A stretch of 64,000 nucleotides of DNA from a virus (Duplodnaviria; Heunggongvirae; Uroviricota; Caudoviricetes): the IMG/VR virus record IMGVR_UViG_3300038450_000150. One strand, 5' to 3'. The notes beneath the pieces are model-generated. The model was given only the letters and a program-made list of their open reading frames with translations, was not told the origin of the DNA and did not search any database. Positions 27,996 through 35,911 of the stretch are shown in pieces (position 1 is the stretch's first letter; each line of letters begins with the position of its first letter). Position numbers and translations under genes: made by a program.

Positions 27996-28126
27996 TATTT
28001 TTTACCTTCCTTGGGATACCATATGTTCTTTAGTTTGGCATCTGAACCCCAGAGAGTGCCAACCTTTAGGGAGTTATCTCCCCAGAGGGAACCTTGTTTA
28101 AAAGAATATTTTTTCTTAGTGGGCAT
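27996..28126 (-). CDS. mini ORF (about 43 aa), array member
   Basis: Own translation MPTKKKYSFKQGSLWGDNSLKVGTLWGSDAKLK... Fills the gap in the operon. Confidence 0.2.
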
Positions 28127-28128
28127 AG

Positions 28129-28410
28129 CTACTTCTCCTTGTATGCCTTTAGGTCTGATTCGTGTCTGTACATTGCCTTTGGTTTGCCTGGGATTTTAAC
28201 ACGGTATTCGTATCCAGTGACATAGAGAGCAGAGCCAAGGACTTTTGCCTTTAACCCACTCTTTGTTTGTACCCACTGACCGACCCTGAACTTTCTCTTT
28301 GGATGTTTATGACCCATTACGTCTGTCCTGCCGTCTGTGTAATCCTTTGCCATTTTATCTCGCCTTCCCGTACACGACATATAGTGGTGGAAAACCACGT
28401 AATGTCTCAT
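28129..28410 (-). CDS. small basic protein (93 aa), array member
   Basis: ORF. Confidence 0.35.
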   Translation of the reverse strand: MRHYVVFHHYMSCTGRRDKMAKDYTDGRTDVMGHKHPKRKFRVGQWVQTKSGLKAKVLGSALYVTGYEYRVKIPGKPKAMYRHESDLKAYKEK

Positions 28411-28591
28411 TATTTGGAATCATTTTTATTCCAAAGATATTTCCTGTTTTTTTCTTTAGAGCAGCCATTTTCTTTTTAGTCACAGATAGATGCTGTGAAT
28501 AAACGTGAAGCATTTCGTACTCAGAACCTCTAACAGTCACTGAGTCTGGTAGTGTATATGAGTACTTTCCAACTACTACTTTTCTATCCAT
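28355..28591 (-). CDS. small basic protein (78 aa), array member
   Basis: ORF. Its 5' end overlaps the previous ORF, so the true start may be internal. Confidence 0.3.
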   Translation of the reverse strand: MDRKVVVGKYSYTLPDSVTVRGSEYEMLHVYSQHLSVTKKKMAALKKKTGNIFGIKMIPNNETLRGFPPLYVVYGKAR

Positions 28592-28891
28592 TTACTTTCT
28601 CCTCCCTAAATGAACTCCCTTATCGGTTATAACCGTCCACTCTGAATTTCCTCTGAATTTTGTCATACTGCCTCTACGCTTTTTCTTAGGAGCAATATAT
28701 ACAGCGTGTGTATCCTTACCCTTTCCACTAGGAACTATTGGTGAATATGACTTTGGAATTTTTACAATCCTTATCTTGTAACCAATTGAAGCAGATTCCT
28801 TTGCGTGTGCTTGGCAATGTGCTTTTGTTCCCTCACAGTCTAGGACATAGGTTTCTCCATTGAATTTCTTCGTGAATGCTGTCTGCTTCAT
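28592..28891 (-). CDS. small basic betaalphabetabeta-like family protein (99 aa)
   Basis: TYVLDCEGTKAHCQAHAKESASIGYKIRIV...HAVYIAPKKKRRG. Confidence 0.4.
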   Translation of the reverse strand: MKQTAFTKKFNGETYVLDCEGTKAHCQAHAKESASIGYKIRIVKIPKSYSPIVPSGKGKDTHAVYIAPKKKRRGSMTKFRGNSEWTVITDKGVHLGRRK

Positions 28892-29035
28892 TTACTTTTT
28901 CCTCCCATATTTCTGTTCAATTAGTTTCTGGTGCTTCTGTAGACGTTTAATCTCTTTATCTGTCTCTCTGAAAAACTTCTCCATTTTAAGTCTTTCATCT
29001 TTGAGCATTTTTCTGGCTACTGGATCGCTTACCAT
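28892..29035 (-). CDS. mini basic coiled protein (about 47 aa)
   Basis: Own translation MVSDPVARKMLKDERLKMEKFFRETDKEIKRLQKHQK... TAATG overlap with its neighbour. Confidence 0.25.
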   Translation of the reverse strand: MVSDPVARKMLKDERLKMEKFFRETDKEIKRLQKHQKLIEQKYGRKK

Positions 29036-29367
29036 TACTTCTTTCTCCTTACTGTTTGTTTGAACCCATAGAACCTTTCAAACTGTTCTGGGGTCATCGG
29101 TGTTCCACCACTTGGAAATTTCTTGTAGAGTTTACAAGCATTTGAGATTGTAATCTTTTTCTTTGTGTAGCCATATACCTGTGGGTTGCTAAGAACCATA
29201 CCAGCTCTCTGCAATGGGAATTGTTTTCCAACTATCAGGGACTTTCTCTTTTTCTTGTATTCTGAGTCAGATATCTTTTTTGCAAGCCAATCTTTATCAA
29301 GTTTTTCAAGCTGTCTATTAATGGCTTGTATTCTTGCTGATATCTGCTTGTGTGTTAGCATTACCAT
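29035..29367 (-). CDS. basic protein (110 aa), array member
   Basis: ORF. Confidence 0.35.
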   Translation of the reverse strand: MVMLTHKQISARIQAINRQLEKLDKDWLAKKISDSEYKKKRKSLIVGKQFPLQRAGMVLSNPQVYGYTKKKITISNACKLYKKFPSGGTPMTPEQFERFYGFKQTVRRKK

Positions 29368-29368
29368 T

Positions 29369-29614
29369 TTAATCTACCCATCCTGCTTCTCCAGACTTGA
29401 GCAATTTTCTAGCCCTATCTGGTGTGATTGCTCTCATTGATGCTACATCTTCCTTACGGAAAGCATAATAATGAGGTGTCTGTGATGATCTTGCTTTCTT
29501 TGCCTGAGTTGGAGTTCCAGCCCAAAGTCCATCCTGTATGTGTCTACCTCTCTTCATTTTGATATGATAGATCTTCCATCCAGACTTGATATTACGTCTA
29601 CCAACTACTGGCAT
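29369..29614 (-). CDS. basic protein (81 aa), array member
   Basis: ORF. Confidence 0.35.
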   Translation of the reverse strand: MPVVGRRNIKSGWKIYHIKMKRGRHIQDGLWAGTPTQAKKARSSQTPHYYAFRKEDVASMRAITPDRARKLLKSGEAGWVD

Positions 29615-29620
29615 CTAAGA

Positions 29621-29785
29621 TCACCTATAATCTCCAACATTTCCATATCCTGGTTTCTTTGGATGGAATTTTGATTTGTGTCTCTTGTCAGCAGCTATGG
29701 ATTTACCGATGCTAACCCACTTTTTGAATCTGCCGTCTGCATAGCGTTCTACATAGAACTTTCCAATTTTACTTCTTGCAACCAT
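29621..29785 (-). CDS. mini basic protein (about 54 aa)
   Basis: Own translation MVARSKIGKFYVERYADGRFKKWVSIGKSIAADKRHKSKF... Antisense to the spurious + ORF 29678-30058. Confidence 0.25.
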   Translation of the reverse strand: MVARSKIGKFYVERYADGRFKKWVSIGKSIAADKRHKSKFHPKKPGYGNVGDYR

Positions 29786-29968
29786 TTACTTTTTCAACCC
29801 CATTCTTTCTGCTCTTTTGGATGCTACAAGCAATTCCTTATTTGTGAACACCCAAGATCTGTCCTTTGCCATAATTCCAGAGTAGGTTTTATGGCGTTTT
29901 GGATCGTGAATTCTAACGGCAGTAACTTTAGTTTTTCTGCCTACTGTGTGTGCTTTATTTTCTGTCAT
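29786..29968 (-). CDS. basic protein (60 aa), array member
   Basis: ORF. Confidence 0.35.
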   Translation of the reverse strand: MTENKAHTVGRKTKVTAVRIHDPKRHKTYSGIMAKDRSWVFTNKELLVASKRAERMGLKK

Positions 29969-30175
29969 TTACTTTCTTCTCCTCATTCTGTCACGGTGTT
30001 TCTTTGTAGAACGGACACGAGCGTGATATACTTCCATAGCGTGTTCCTTACCAGCTAACCTGATTGCTTTTAGAGGTTTACCATTGCCATCTGTACCACC
30101 AGAAACCCAGTAGTACCCAAGGATAATACCGTATGTATCCCTGTCCTTACAAATAGAAACTTTTCTCCTTGCCAA
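29969..30175 (-). CDS. very basic protein (68 aa), first gene of the array
   Basis: ORF ending ...KKHRDRMRRRK. The distinct promoter region lies immediately upstream. Confidence 0.35.
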   Translation of the reverse strand: MARRKVSICKDRDTYGIILGYYWVSGGTDGNGKPLKAIRLAGKEHAMEVYHARVRSTKKHRDRMRRRK

Positions 30176-30324
30176 GGTTTGTCTAAGTGGATATCACTAG
30201 CTGAGAATATAAAGTTTATGATAAATCGTTATGATATTGATAGATGTATCGGTATGGTACATCTAGCTCATCTTTTTATGATAATTCTTTTATCTTAGCG
30301 TTCAAGATAGATTAACTGATAACA
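30176..30324. promoter_or_regulatory. divergent control region of the basic-protein operon and the + gene 30325
   Basis: Lacks the canonical TTTATAAATATT motif. Contains aatataaag TATA-like element and three copies of TTATGATA(A/T). Confidence 0.4.
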
Positions 30325-30573
30325 ATGGTTCCACCACCAAGAAAAAGAATCTTCTTAACAAAGAAGAGAGGCTGGTCGAAAGACCTTCCTGCATCAGAGC
30401 GCAGAAAGAGAGTGTATTCCACCACAGATCATAAAAAGACTAGACACAACCGCTACCTTGAAGCATTCAGGGCAACACAGGGTCTAGCTAATCTCAGTAA
30501 GGATCCTGACACAAAGGCAAAGGCAAAGTCTGATGCAAATTACTTCTCCAAGAAAATGGAGAAGTACCAATAA
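30325..30573 (+). CDS. very basic protein (82 aa)
   Basis: The only + strand ORF in this stretch. Lys/Arg-rich. Convergent with 30581-30961. Confidence 0.4.
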   Translation: MVPPPRKRIFLTKKRGWSKDLPASERRKRVYSTTDHKKTRHNRYLEAFRATQGLANLSKDPDTKAKAKSDANYFSKKMEKYQ

Positions 30574-30595
30574 ACTTTTTTTATTCTTGTAATAA
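30574..30595. terminator. T-tract terminator at a convergent junction
   Basis: taaactttttttattcttg between converging gene ends. Confidence 0.35.
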
Positions 30596-30961
30596 AGCGT
30601 TAGAACTTCCTAAGATTTTATCGAGTGAGTAGAGGAAGGCTAATGATGTCAGCCTAGACACACCATCTTCATCCATCGTCAAAACAGATATTATTGAAGT
30701 ATTCGAGAACTTTTTTGAACGAACATATACATTAAGATCGTCACTGCTGTCTCTTAAAAATCCATTTTCCTTTCCTATAATAAAATGACCATCTTCATAT
30801 TTAATAGTCATAAAGCCTGGAAAGGCATCTTTGATGGCTCTATCAATGTAGTCTTTTGGTTCTTCACCCTGTTTTAGGAAATAAACAACAGAACTTGGGA
30901 TACTCAAACCGTGACTACTTGAGGATGAACCGTGTGCTATTGGAACAAAAATTACAGGCAT
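30581..30961 (-). CDS. hypothetical protein (126 aa)
   Basis: ORF with poly-Ser near the N-terminus. Immediately preceded by the pentamer tract. Confidence 0.4.
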   Translation of the reverse strand: MPVIFVPIAHGSSSSSHGLSIPSSVVYFLKQGEEPKDYIDRAIKDAFPGFMTIKYEDGHFIIGKENGFLRDSSDDLNVYVRSKKFSNTSIISVLTMDEDGVSRLTSLAFLYSLDKILGSSNALLQE

Positions 30962-31045
30962 TTTACATCACTCTTTACTTTACATTACTTGACTTAACTG
31001 CACTAAACTCCAGTTCACTGCACTTTACTGCTCTACTTTACTTTA
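30961..31045. repeat. second G-poor pentamer-periodic (NNNAC)n tract
   Basis: tttac atcac ..tttac attac ttgac ttaac tgcac taaac ... ttcac tgcac tttac ... tttac. Fills the whole intergenic space from the start codon at 30961 to 10 nt before the stop of the next gene. Confidence 0.55.
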
Positions 31046-31055
31046 AAAAATGGGA

Positions 31056-32900
31056 TTAGACTGCTTTGGTAGCTGCCTCTTTCTTTCGAAGCATCTGAGC
31101 CAGCCAGACATTGAGTAGGTTGCCTTGGGCTTCTCCACCATTGCCACCTGAAACTAGGATATCAGGTGTGATAGTGATCTTGCCAGAGGCAATCTGCTCG
31201 AACACCTTTAGCATTGCAACGTTGTCCTGACCTAGGACACCCATCTGTGCAGCATATGCTTTAGCTGTACCTACACCTTCCTGTTCATTCTTGTAAGCTG
31301 TACCGTCTGCCTGAGCCTTAGTTGCATCACGAACACCAGCAGCTTCCATCCTTGCTGCATCTGCACGGTCTGCTGCAATATCGATTGACAGTTTAGCTGA
31401 GATAACGTCAGTCTGCTTGTCAGCCCTTGCCGTTTTCTCTGCTACAGCAATCCTCTGCTCCTGTGCAAGTGCTTCCTGCTGGTACTGTGCCTGTTGCTGG
31501 GCAGCTATTTCCTTCTTTGTCTGAGTTTCTAGTAGTGCCTTGTCAACATCAATGTAAGCAATTAGCAGCCCCTGAACCTCTGTGTGGTACTTCGAGAACT
31601 CTTCACGAGCCTTCTCAAGTGCCTGTTCCTGTAGTTCAGTTCGGCTGTGGACGAACTGCATTGCCTGTTTCTTGCCAGCTTCGTTACGGAAGGAGGAGTC
31701 GATCAGTGGGTGAGCAACCTGTTCAATCAGGTTCTGTACAGTACCGAACCTTGCAATCACGAAAGGTGCATTGGCTGGAGGTACACGGATGATGAGCCTG
31801 ACATCTACATCAAGCTGGAACCCATCCATTGAAGTTACACGAAGTTGGCTGAACTTGAAGAACTCTGTGATCTTCTGGCTCTGGGAAACGTCCTTTCCCT
31901 GAGCTCCAAGTACACGTGTCTCTGCTGGACCCTCAGTTGATGCCCAATCTATAGTGATAGCGGAAGTAGGTACTAACTCAGGCTTGTAGGCGATTTGGTT
32001 AAGGTTGTACTTTCCAGGTGTAACTGGCTCGGCCAGAATACCACGCTGGTTCTTGTCAGTGATTAGAAGAGACTCAACTGTCTCTGGAATTGGGGAATTG
32101 AGATCAGGTGTCTTGCTGATTTTTGGTGCTTCACCACTAGGCTGGACTTCCTTTCCAACACTGGAAATGATTACAGCAACGTAGCCTGGTGGGACAACAG
32201 CAACATCATAGAGAGTGACTTGGAATAGGTTAGTATTTATGTAGTAATCACCTGGCTGAAGTGTCTCAAGTTGTGGACCCCTGTAGCCACCAGCCTCAAT
32301 GAAGGCTTGGCTGTCTTGGAAGTGCTTGTGATCTGATGTGGGTGCTGGAGCAATTATGAAACCAGATGGCAGTGAATTGCCATCCATAGCAACAACTACA
32401 CCGACCCTCTCCTGTGGAACTTGTACTGCACCAACTGCTGTGACTTTGAATACAGCTAGGTTGATACGATAAACACCTGGGCGAAGTACACCAATCTGAG
32501 GACCCTTCTTTCCACCATTCTTGAGGAATGCCCCTGCATCTTGGTACGAATTACATTCAACCTCATCTGCAAGGATACGACCAGATGGAATGGATTGTCC
32601 GTCAATGGACTCAACTAGACCAATATTTCCCTGTGGAATCTCGGTCACTTCGACCTTCTTAATCTTCCAGATTATGGGGAAACGCCAGTAAAGTCCAGGC
32701 ATAAGGGTTTCAGCTTGAATACCGACCTCACCCTCAGTAGCAATGATTTTTCCCTGTGGTAATTTCTTGCCAAACATTTTCTTAACTAGGATACCGACCT
32801 CACCAGCTTTGATGAGAGCGAATCCTGGTAGCACGAAGAAAACTAAGCATATTAGTACGACAATGCCTAGAATCCCTAGTCCGATTAGATCTTCAAACAT
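31056..32900 (-). CDS. SPFH/flotillin-like (YqiK-type) membrane protein with internal repeats
   Basis: N-terminal TM. Duplicated about 90-aa segment (FQDSQAFIEAGGYRGPQLETLQPGDYYIN versus YQDAGAFLKNGGKKGPQIGVLRPGVYRIN). C-terminal Ala/Glu/Gln-rich coiled coil and ITITPDILVSGGNGG...LLNVWLAQML tail typical of the flotillin C-terminus. Confidence 0.65.
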   Translation of the reverse strand: MFEDLIGLGILGIVVLICLVFFVLPGFALIKAGEVGILVKKMFGKKLPQGKIIATEGEVGIQAETLMPGLYWRFPIIWKIKKVEVTEIPQGNIGLVESIDGQSIPSGRILADEVECNSYQDAGAFLKNGGKKGPQIGVLRPGVYRINLAVFKVTAVGAVQVPQERVGVVVAMDGNSLPSGFIIAPAPTSDHKHFQDSQAFIEAGGYRGPQLETLQPGDYYINTNLFQVTLYDVAVVPPGYVAVIISSVGKEVQPSGEAPKISKTPDLNSPIPETVESLLITDKNQRGILAEPVTPGKYNLNQIAYKPELVPTSAITIDWASTEGPAETRVLGAQGKDVSQSQKITEFFKFSQLRVTSMDGFQLDVDVRLIIRVPPANAPFVIARFGTVQNLIEQVAHPLIDSSFRNEAGKKQAMQFVHSRTELQEQALEKAREEFSKYHTEVQGLLIAYIDVDKALLETQTKKEIAAQQQAQYQQEALAQEQRIAVAEKTARADKQTDVISAKLSIDIAADRADAARMEAAGVRDATKAQADGTAYKNEQEGVGTAKAYAAQMGVLGQDNVAMLKVFEQIASGKITITPDILVSGGNGGEAQGNLLNVWLAQMLRKKEAATKAV

Positions 32901-32941
32901 TTGAATACATCTCTGTTTGCAAATGTAGGACTGTGCTAAAG

Positions 32942-32963
32942 TTTATAAATATTTGGAATTTGG
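32942..32963 (-). promoter_or_regulatory. BRE/TATA-like promoter motif upstream of the SPFH gene
   Basis: tttataaatatttggaatttgg. Confidence 0.5.
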
Positions 32964-33045
32964 TGGGGTTACAAGGAGTCGAACCCTGACCCTTGGTTTT
33001 CCCCTATTTCTGGGGACCAAGATGCTACCGCTACACCATAACCCC
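32961..33045 (-). tRNA. tRNA with an apparent 13-20 nt insertion in the anticodon region (intron-like), isotype undetermined
   Basis: Minus-strand sequence GGGGTTA...GGTTCGACTCC...TAACCCCACCA has acceptor and T-arm. The segment CTTGG-TCCCCAGAAATAGGGGAAAA-CCAAG is too long for a 7-nt anticodon loop. Confidence 0.5.
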
Positions 33046-33093
33046 AATGATATGCTCTAAGAAATGTGTGAATTTATAAATCTTGTGATTGGG

Positions 33094-33522
33094 TTAATCC
33101 CCACCGCCACCGCCATCTCCCCCACCACCGCCATCTCCTCCTCCTGCATCTCCACCACCACCAGCATCAGAACCACCACCACTGCCACCAGAGTCGATTC
33201 CACCACCTGAACCACCATTTGATGCACTGCCTGAGTCACCTGGACTTGGACCCTCTTCGTCATCTCCATTTGAGGATGTTGATGGATTTGAACTACTTGA
33301 ACTGCCACCACCGTCATAGAAGAAATATGGCATCCAAGGAACCCATCCAGTGTCAGTCGAGTTGTCTTTGCCTGATGTCGGTTTTGGATATGACCTTGAT
33401 TGCTGGTTAATCATAGCTGTTTTTATATTGGAAAGTAAAATAACTGTCAATAACAGTATGACAAACACCATAATTGCTGAAAGGGCTAAAGTTAGCTTTG
33501 TTCCCGTTCTCATATCGATCAA
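33094..33522 (-). CDS. membrane-anchored Gly/Asp/Ser-rich low-complexity protein (142 aa)
   Basis: N-terminal TM helix. C-terminal GSGGGIDSGGSGGGSDAGGGGDAGGGDGGGGGD. Promoter at 33543, 20 nt upstream. Confidence 0.45.
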   Translation of the reverse strand: MIDMRTGTKLTLALSAIMVFVILLLTVILLSNIKTAMINQQSRSYPKPTSGKDNSTDTGWVPWMPYFFYDGGGSSSSSNPSTSSNGDDEEGPSPGDSGSASNGGSGGGIDSGGSGGGSDAGGGGDAGGGDGGGGGDGGGGGD

Positions 33523-33625
33523 TAAATTGTAAGTTTGAGTGTTTATAAATATTTAGTATATTTTTTATATAGATAATTAATAAAATTTTGTTTGAAACTA
33601 ATTATCTCGGAAATAAATAATTATT

Positions 33626-34396
33626 TTATGGTATCAGTTCTATCTTAGTAACCGTATCATCATATGATGGTGCTTCATAGATAGTTCTGTCCCAATATGG
33701 TTGACCAACTTTAACGTGCATTATTATATCAGTCTGTGGCTCGATGTAGACAATTCCCCTGTCTGTGGTGTTGAAAGCTACCAAAGCGTGTCCTACACTT
33801 GTTGGCATAAAATCACCCATCTCGATAGACACAAAGAAACACCGATAACCAGCATTAAACGCATTTCTCTTCACATCTGATGTGAAATCGTGGCAAACAT
33901 AGCTACCTTCTACATATTCTTTCTCATCTGTCTTGTCATTCTGTATGAATGTAAGCATCTGTTGATATGTTGGGTCTTTGATATTAAATCCTGTAGCTTT
34001 CCATCCTTTTTGATATCCTACTGTATAGCCTGTTTTTTCACCCAAGCCATAGCCAGTTGTATTTCCGACTTTGTAACCGTTGGTGTATCCAGTGGCAATA
34101 CCAGCCGTGTTACCAGTATTGTATCCAGCTAGATCACCCACATTGTAGCCTCTACCATACCCAACGGAATCACCAGCCGTATATCCTGTATTATACCCAT
34201 CCTTTGTTCCATTTGAATAACCAGAGGTATATCCAACTGGATAACCTGATTTGTATCCAGCAATCTGTCCCTCAGTATATCCAGCAATATGTCCTTGAGT
34301 GTTTCCAAAGTAAAAACCAAAAAAGGTTCCACCAAGGATCATTGCTGTCATTCCCACAATTACTATTGTACTTGTCTTTTGGTTCATTTCATTCAC
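33626..34396 (-). CDS. membrane-anchored protein with GY-x-x tetrapeptide repeats and a C-terminal transglutaminase-like (Cys-His-Asp) domain
   Basis: N-terminal TM. About 25 repeats of the (T/S)GY(x)xG type. C-terminal YVCHDF...VGHALVAF...IEPQTD resembles the transglutaminase-like cysteine-peptidase core. Confidence 0.45.
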   Translation of the reverse strand: MNEMNQKTSTIVIVGMTAMILGGTFFGFYFGNTQGHIAGYTEGQIAGYKSGYPVGYTSGYSNGTKDGYNTGYTAGDSVGYGRGYNVGDLAGYNTGNTAGIATGYTNGYKVGNTTGYGLGEKTGYTVGYQKGWKATGFNIKDPTYQQMLTFIQNDKTDEKEYVEGSYVCHDFTSDVKRNAFNAGYRCFFVSIEMGDFMPTSVGHALVAFNTTDRGIVYIEPQTDIIMHVKVGQPYWDRTIYEAPSYDDTVTKIELIP

Positions 34397-34440
34397 TATT
34401 ACGTATTGATAATTAACTTACTTAAAAATGTTATGGATTA

Positions 34441-34520
34441 TGGCGGGTTCGGAGGGATTTGAACCCCCGACAAGTGGATTAAAAGTCCACTGCGCTAAGA
34501 CCTGACTGCGCCACGAACCC
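34441..34520 (-). tRNA. tRNA-Lys (anticodon TTT), CCA encoded
   Basis: GGGTTCG...GTGGA-CTTTTAA-TCCAC...GGGGGTTCAAATCCCTC-CGAACCC-G-CCA. Own TATA at 34543. Confidence 0.75.
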
Positions 34521-34559
34521 AGCACTGAATAGTATGACTGAATTTATAAATATTGTGAA

Positions 34560-34637
34560 TGGTGGACTCGAAGGGATTTGAACCCCTGACCCTTGGCTTA
34601 GAAGGCCAATGCTCTATCCAAGCTGTGCTACGAGTCC
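34560..34637 (-). tRNA. tRNA-Arg (anticodon TCT), CCA encoded
   Basis: GGACTCG...GGCCTTCTAAGCC...GGGGTTCAAATCCC...CGAGTCC-A-CCA. Confidence 0.75.
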
Positions 34638-34639
34638 AA

Positions 34640-34719
34640 TGGTGAGTCTGAGGGGATTTGAACCCCTGAATGGAGGATTAAGGGTCCTCTGCGCTAGACC
34701 TTGCTACGCCACAGACTCA
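34640..34719 (-). tRNA. tRNA-Lys (anticodon CTT), CCA encoded
   Basis: GAGTCTG...GAGGACCCTTAATCCTC...GGGGTTCAAATCCCC...CAGACTC-A-CCA. TATA at 34739, about 20 nt upstream. Confidence 0.75.
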
Positions 34720-34757
34720 GCATAAAAGACAAAATCTGATTTATAAATATTTAGAAT

Positions 34758-35018
34758 CTACTCTTCTGGCTTCTCAGCGACTTCCTTTACACTATCAAGG
34801 AAATCTACATTGTTTGGAACTTCTACAATATTCTTTGATGTCACTCCAATAGATTGAACAAGTACACCAAAAAATGCACCTAAACCAAGTATTCCAAAAA
34901 GATATATAATTTCATTAGGGTGAATTAGGGTGAATATAAGTGAAACAACTATTGAAATTGATAATAGCAACCAACCCTTGGCATTAATGCCACCCTCTAC
35001 CACAACTTTACGACTCAT
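34758..35018 (-). CDS. small membrane protein (86 aa)
   Basis: Two TM helices. Confidence 0.3.
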   Translation of the reverse strand: MSRKVVVEGGINAKGWLLLSISIVVSLIFTLIHPNEIIYLFGILGLGAFFGVLVQSIGVTSKNIVEVPNNVDFLDSVKEVAEKPEE

Positions 35019-35290
35019 TTCTTTTTCACCTTTTTTATTTTCTCTGGAATTACAGCTTTTTGATTTTCAAGATAAGGATCATCTGGCTTACCAAGTTCGT
35101 CCCTAAGTTTTTTATTAATCCAGGCTTCAAATTTACATTTTTGACATTGTACTACCATTGGCTCTGGTAGCTGGTTTGGTCTTTTGCCCCATATTGGTAT
35201 GAGAATAAATTTCCAATCTGCCTGATAGGAATTATGTTCAGTGCAACCATTAGGACAATATATCCCTATGAATTCTTTAGGATCTGCCAT
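35015..35290 (-). CDS. Zn-ribbon protein (91 aa)
   Basis: CPNGC...CQKCK. Confidence 0.35.
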   Translation of the reverse strand: MADPKEFIGIYCPNGCTEHNSYQADWKFILIPIWGKRPNQLPEPMVVQCQKCKFEAWINKKLRDELGKPDDPYLENQKAVIPEKIKKVKKK

Positions 35291-35459
35291 ATTATATCAA
35301 GTTCCCGTAACTGCTTTACCCATAAATTCTGCAAGCCATAGCAGGACTTTGAAGATGAAATACACACCAACTCCTAGGGCAAAGACGAGCAGAAGATAGA
35401 TTAATATCTTCTTTTCATTTGCGTGTTCATCATCTTCGTCTATGTCAAACAATTTAGGT

Positions 35460-35711
35460 TCACCTAACTTTCCTTATCTTGCTTGTAATTACAATTTCAC
35501 CATCTTTAATATCCATTTTTACTGTTTGAATTTTAACTAGTTTGAAGATGTATTGATTGACACCTTGTTCATTAGCCCAACCTTGCTTAACATCCATTCC
35601 AAACTGTTTCTCTGCCTCTTTGAGGGTTTTGCACCAAGAAACTTGCTCGAAGGCACAACCATTACCGTGTGCTTCACGATTATCAAAACACTTAATATAT
35701 TTTGTGCTCAT
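35460..35711 (-). CDS. hypothetical protein (83 aa)
   Basis: ORF. Confidence 0.35.
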   Translation of the reverse strand: MSTKYIKCFDNREAHGNGCAFEQVSWCKTLKEAEKQFGMDVKQGWANEQGVNQYIFKLVKIQTVKMDIKDGEIVITSKIRKVR

Positions 35712-35911
35712 TTCTTTGCAGACTCCTTCTCCTGTTTCATAACTGTAATACTATCCCAATAATTTTTCTCGTATATGCTCCTTCCTTTTTCATAGTTGAA
35801 AAAATGAATTAAGCACTCGATTACGTCTAATTCGTCTGTTGCCTCTCTTGAGAATTCGGTTTTTTGTTTACCTTCCTTTCCTTTCCATTTTATCGTGTAT
35901 TTAGTGTTCAT
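35708..35911 (-). CDS. hypothetical protein (67 aa)
   Basis: ORF. Confidence 0.3.
   Translation of the reverse strand: MNTKYTIKWKGKEGKQKTEFSREATDELDVIECLIHFFNYEKGRSIYEKNYWDSITVMKQEKESAKK

Noticed and set aside
27040-30058. Plus-strand ORFs inside the basic-protein array (27040-27237, 27253-27495, 27735-27980, 28011-28199, 28267-28479, 28299-28502, 28860-29063, 29186-29440, 29678-30058)
   Set aside because: They are antisense to a continuous, overlap-coupled minus-strand operon, have no promoter motif in + orientation and give low-complexity translations. I treat them as shadow ORFs.
31427-31832. Plus-strand ORFs within the flotillin gene
   Set aside because: Antisense to a well-supported 614-aa gene.
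33057-33317. Alternative-frame ORF rich in His/Val/Gln
   Set aside because: Same strand and overlapping 33094-33522, which has a promoter at exactly 20 nt. Its low-complexity translation is an artefact of the GGN/GAN repeats.
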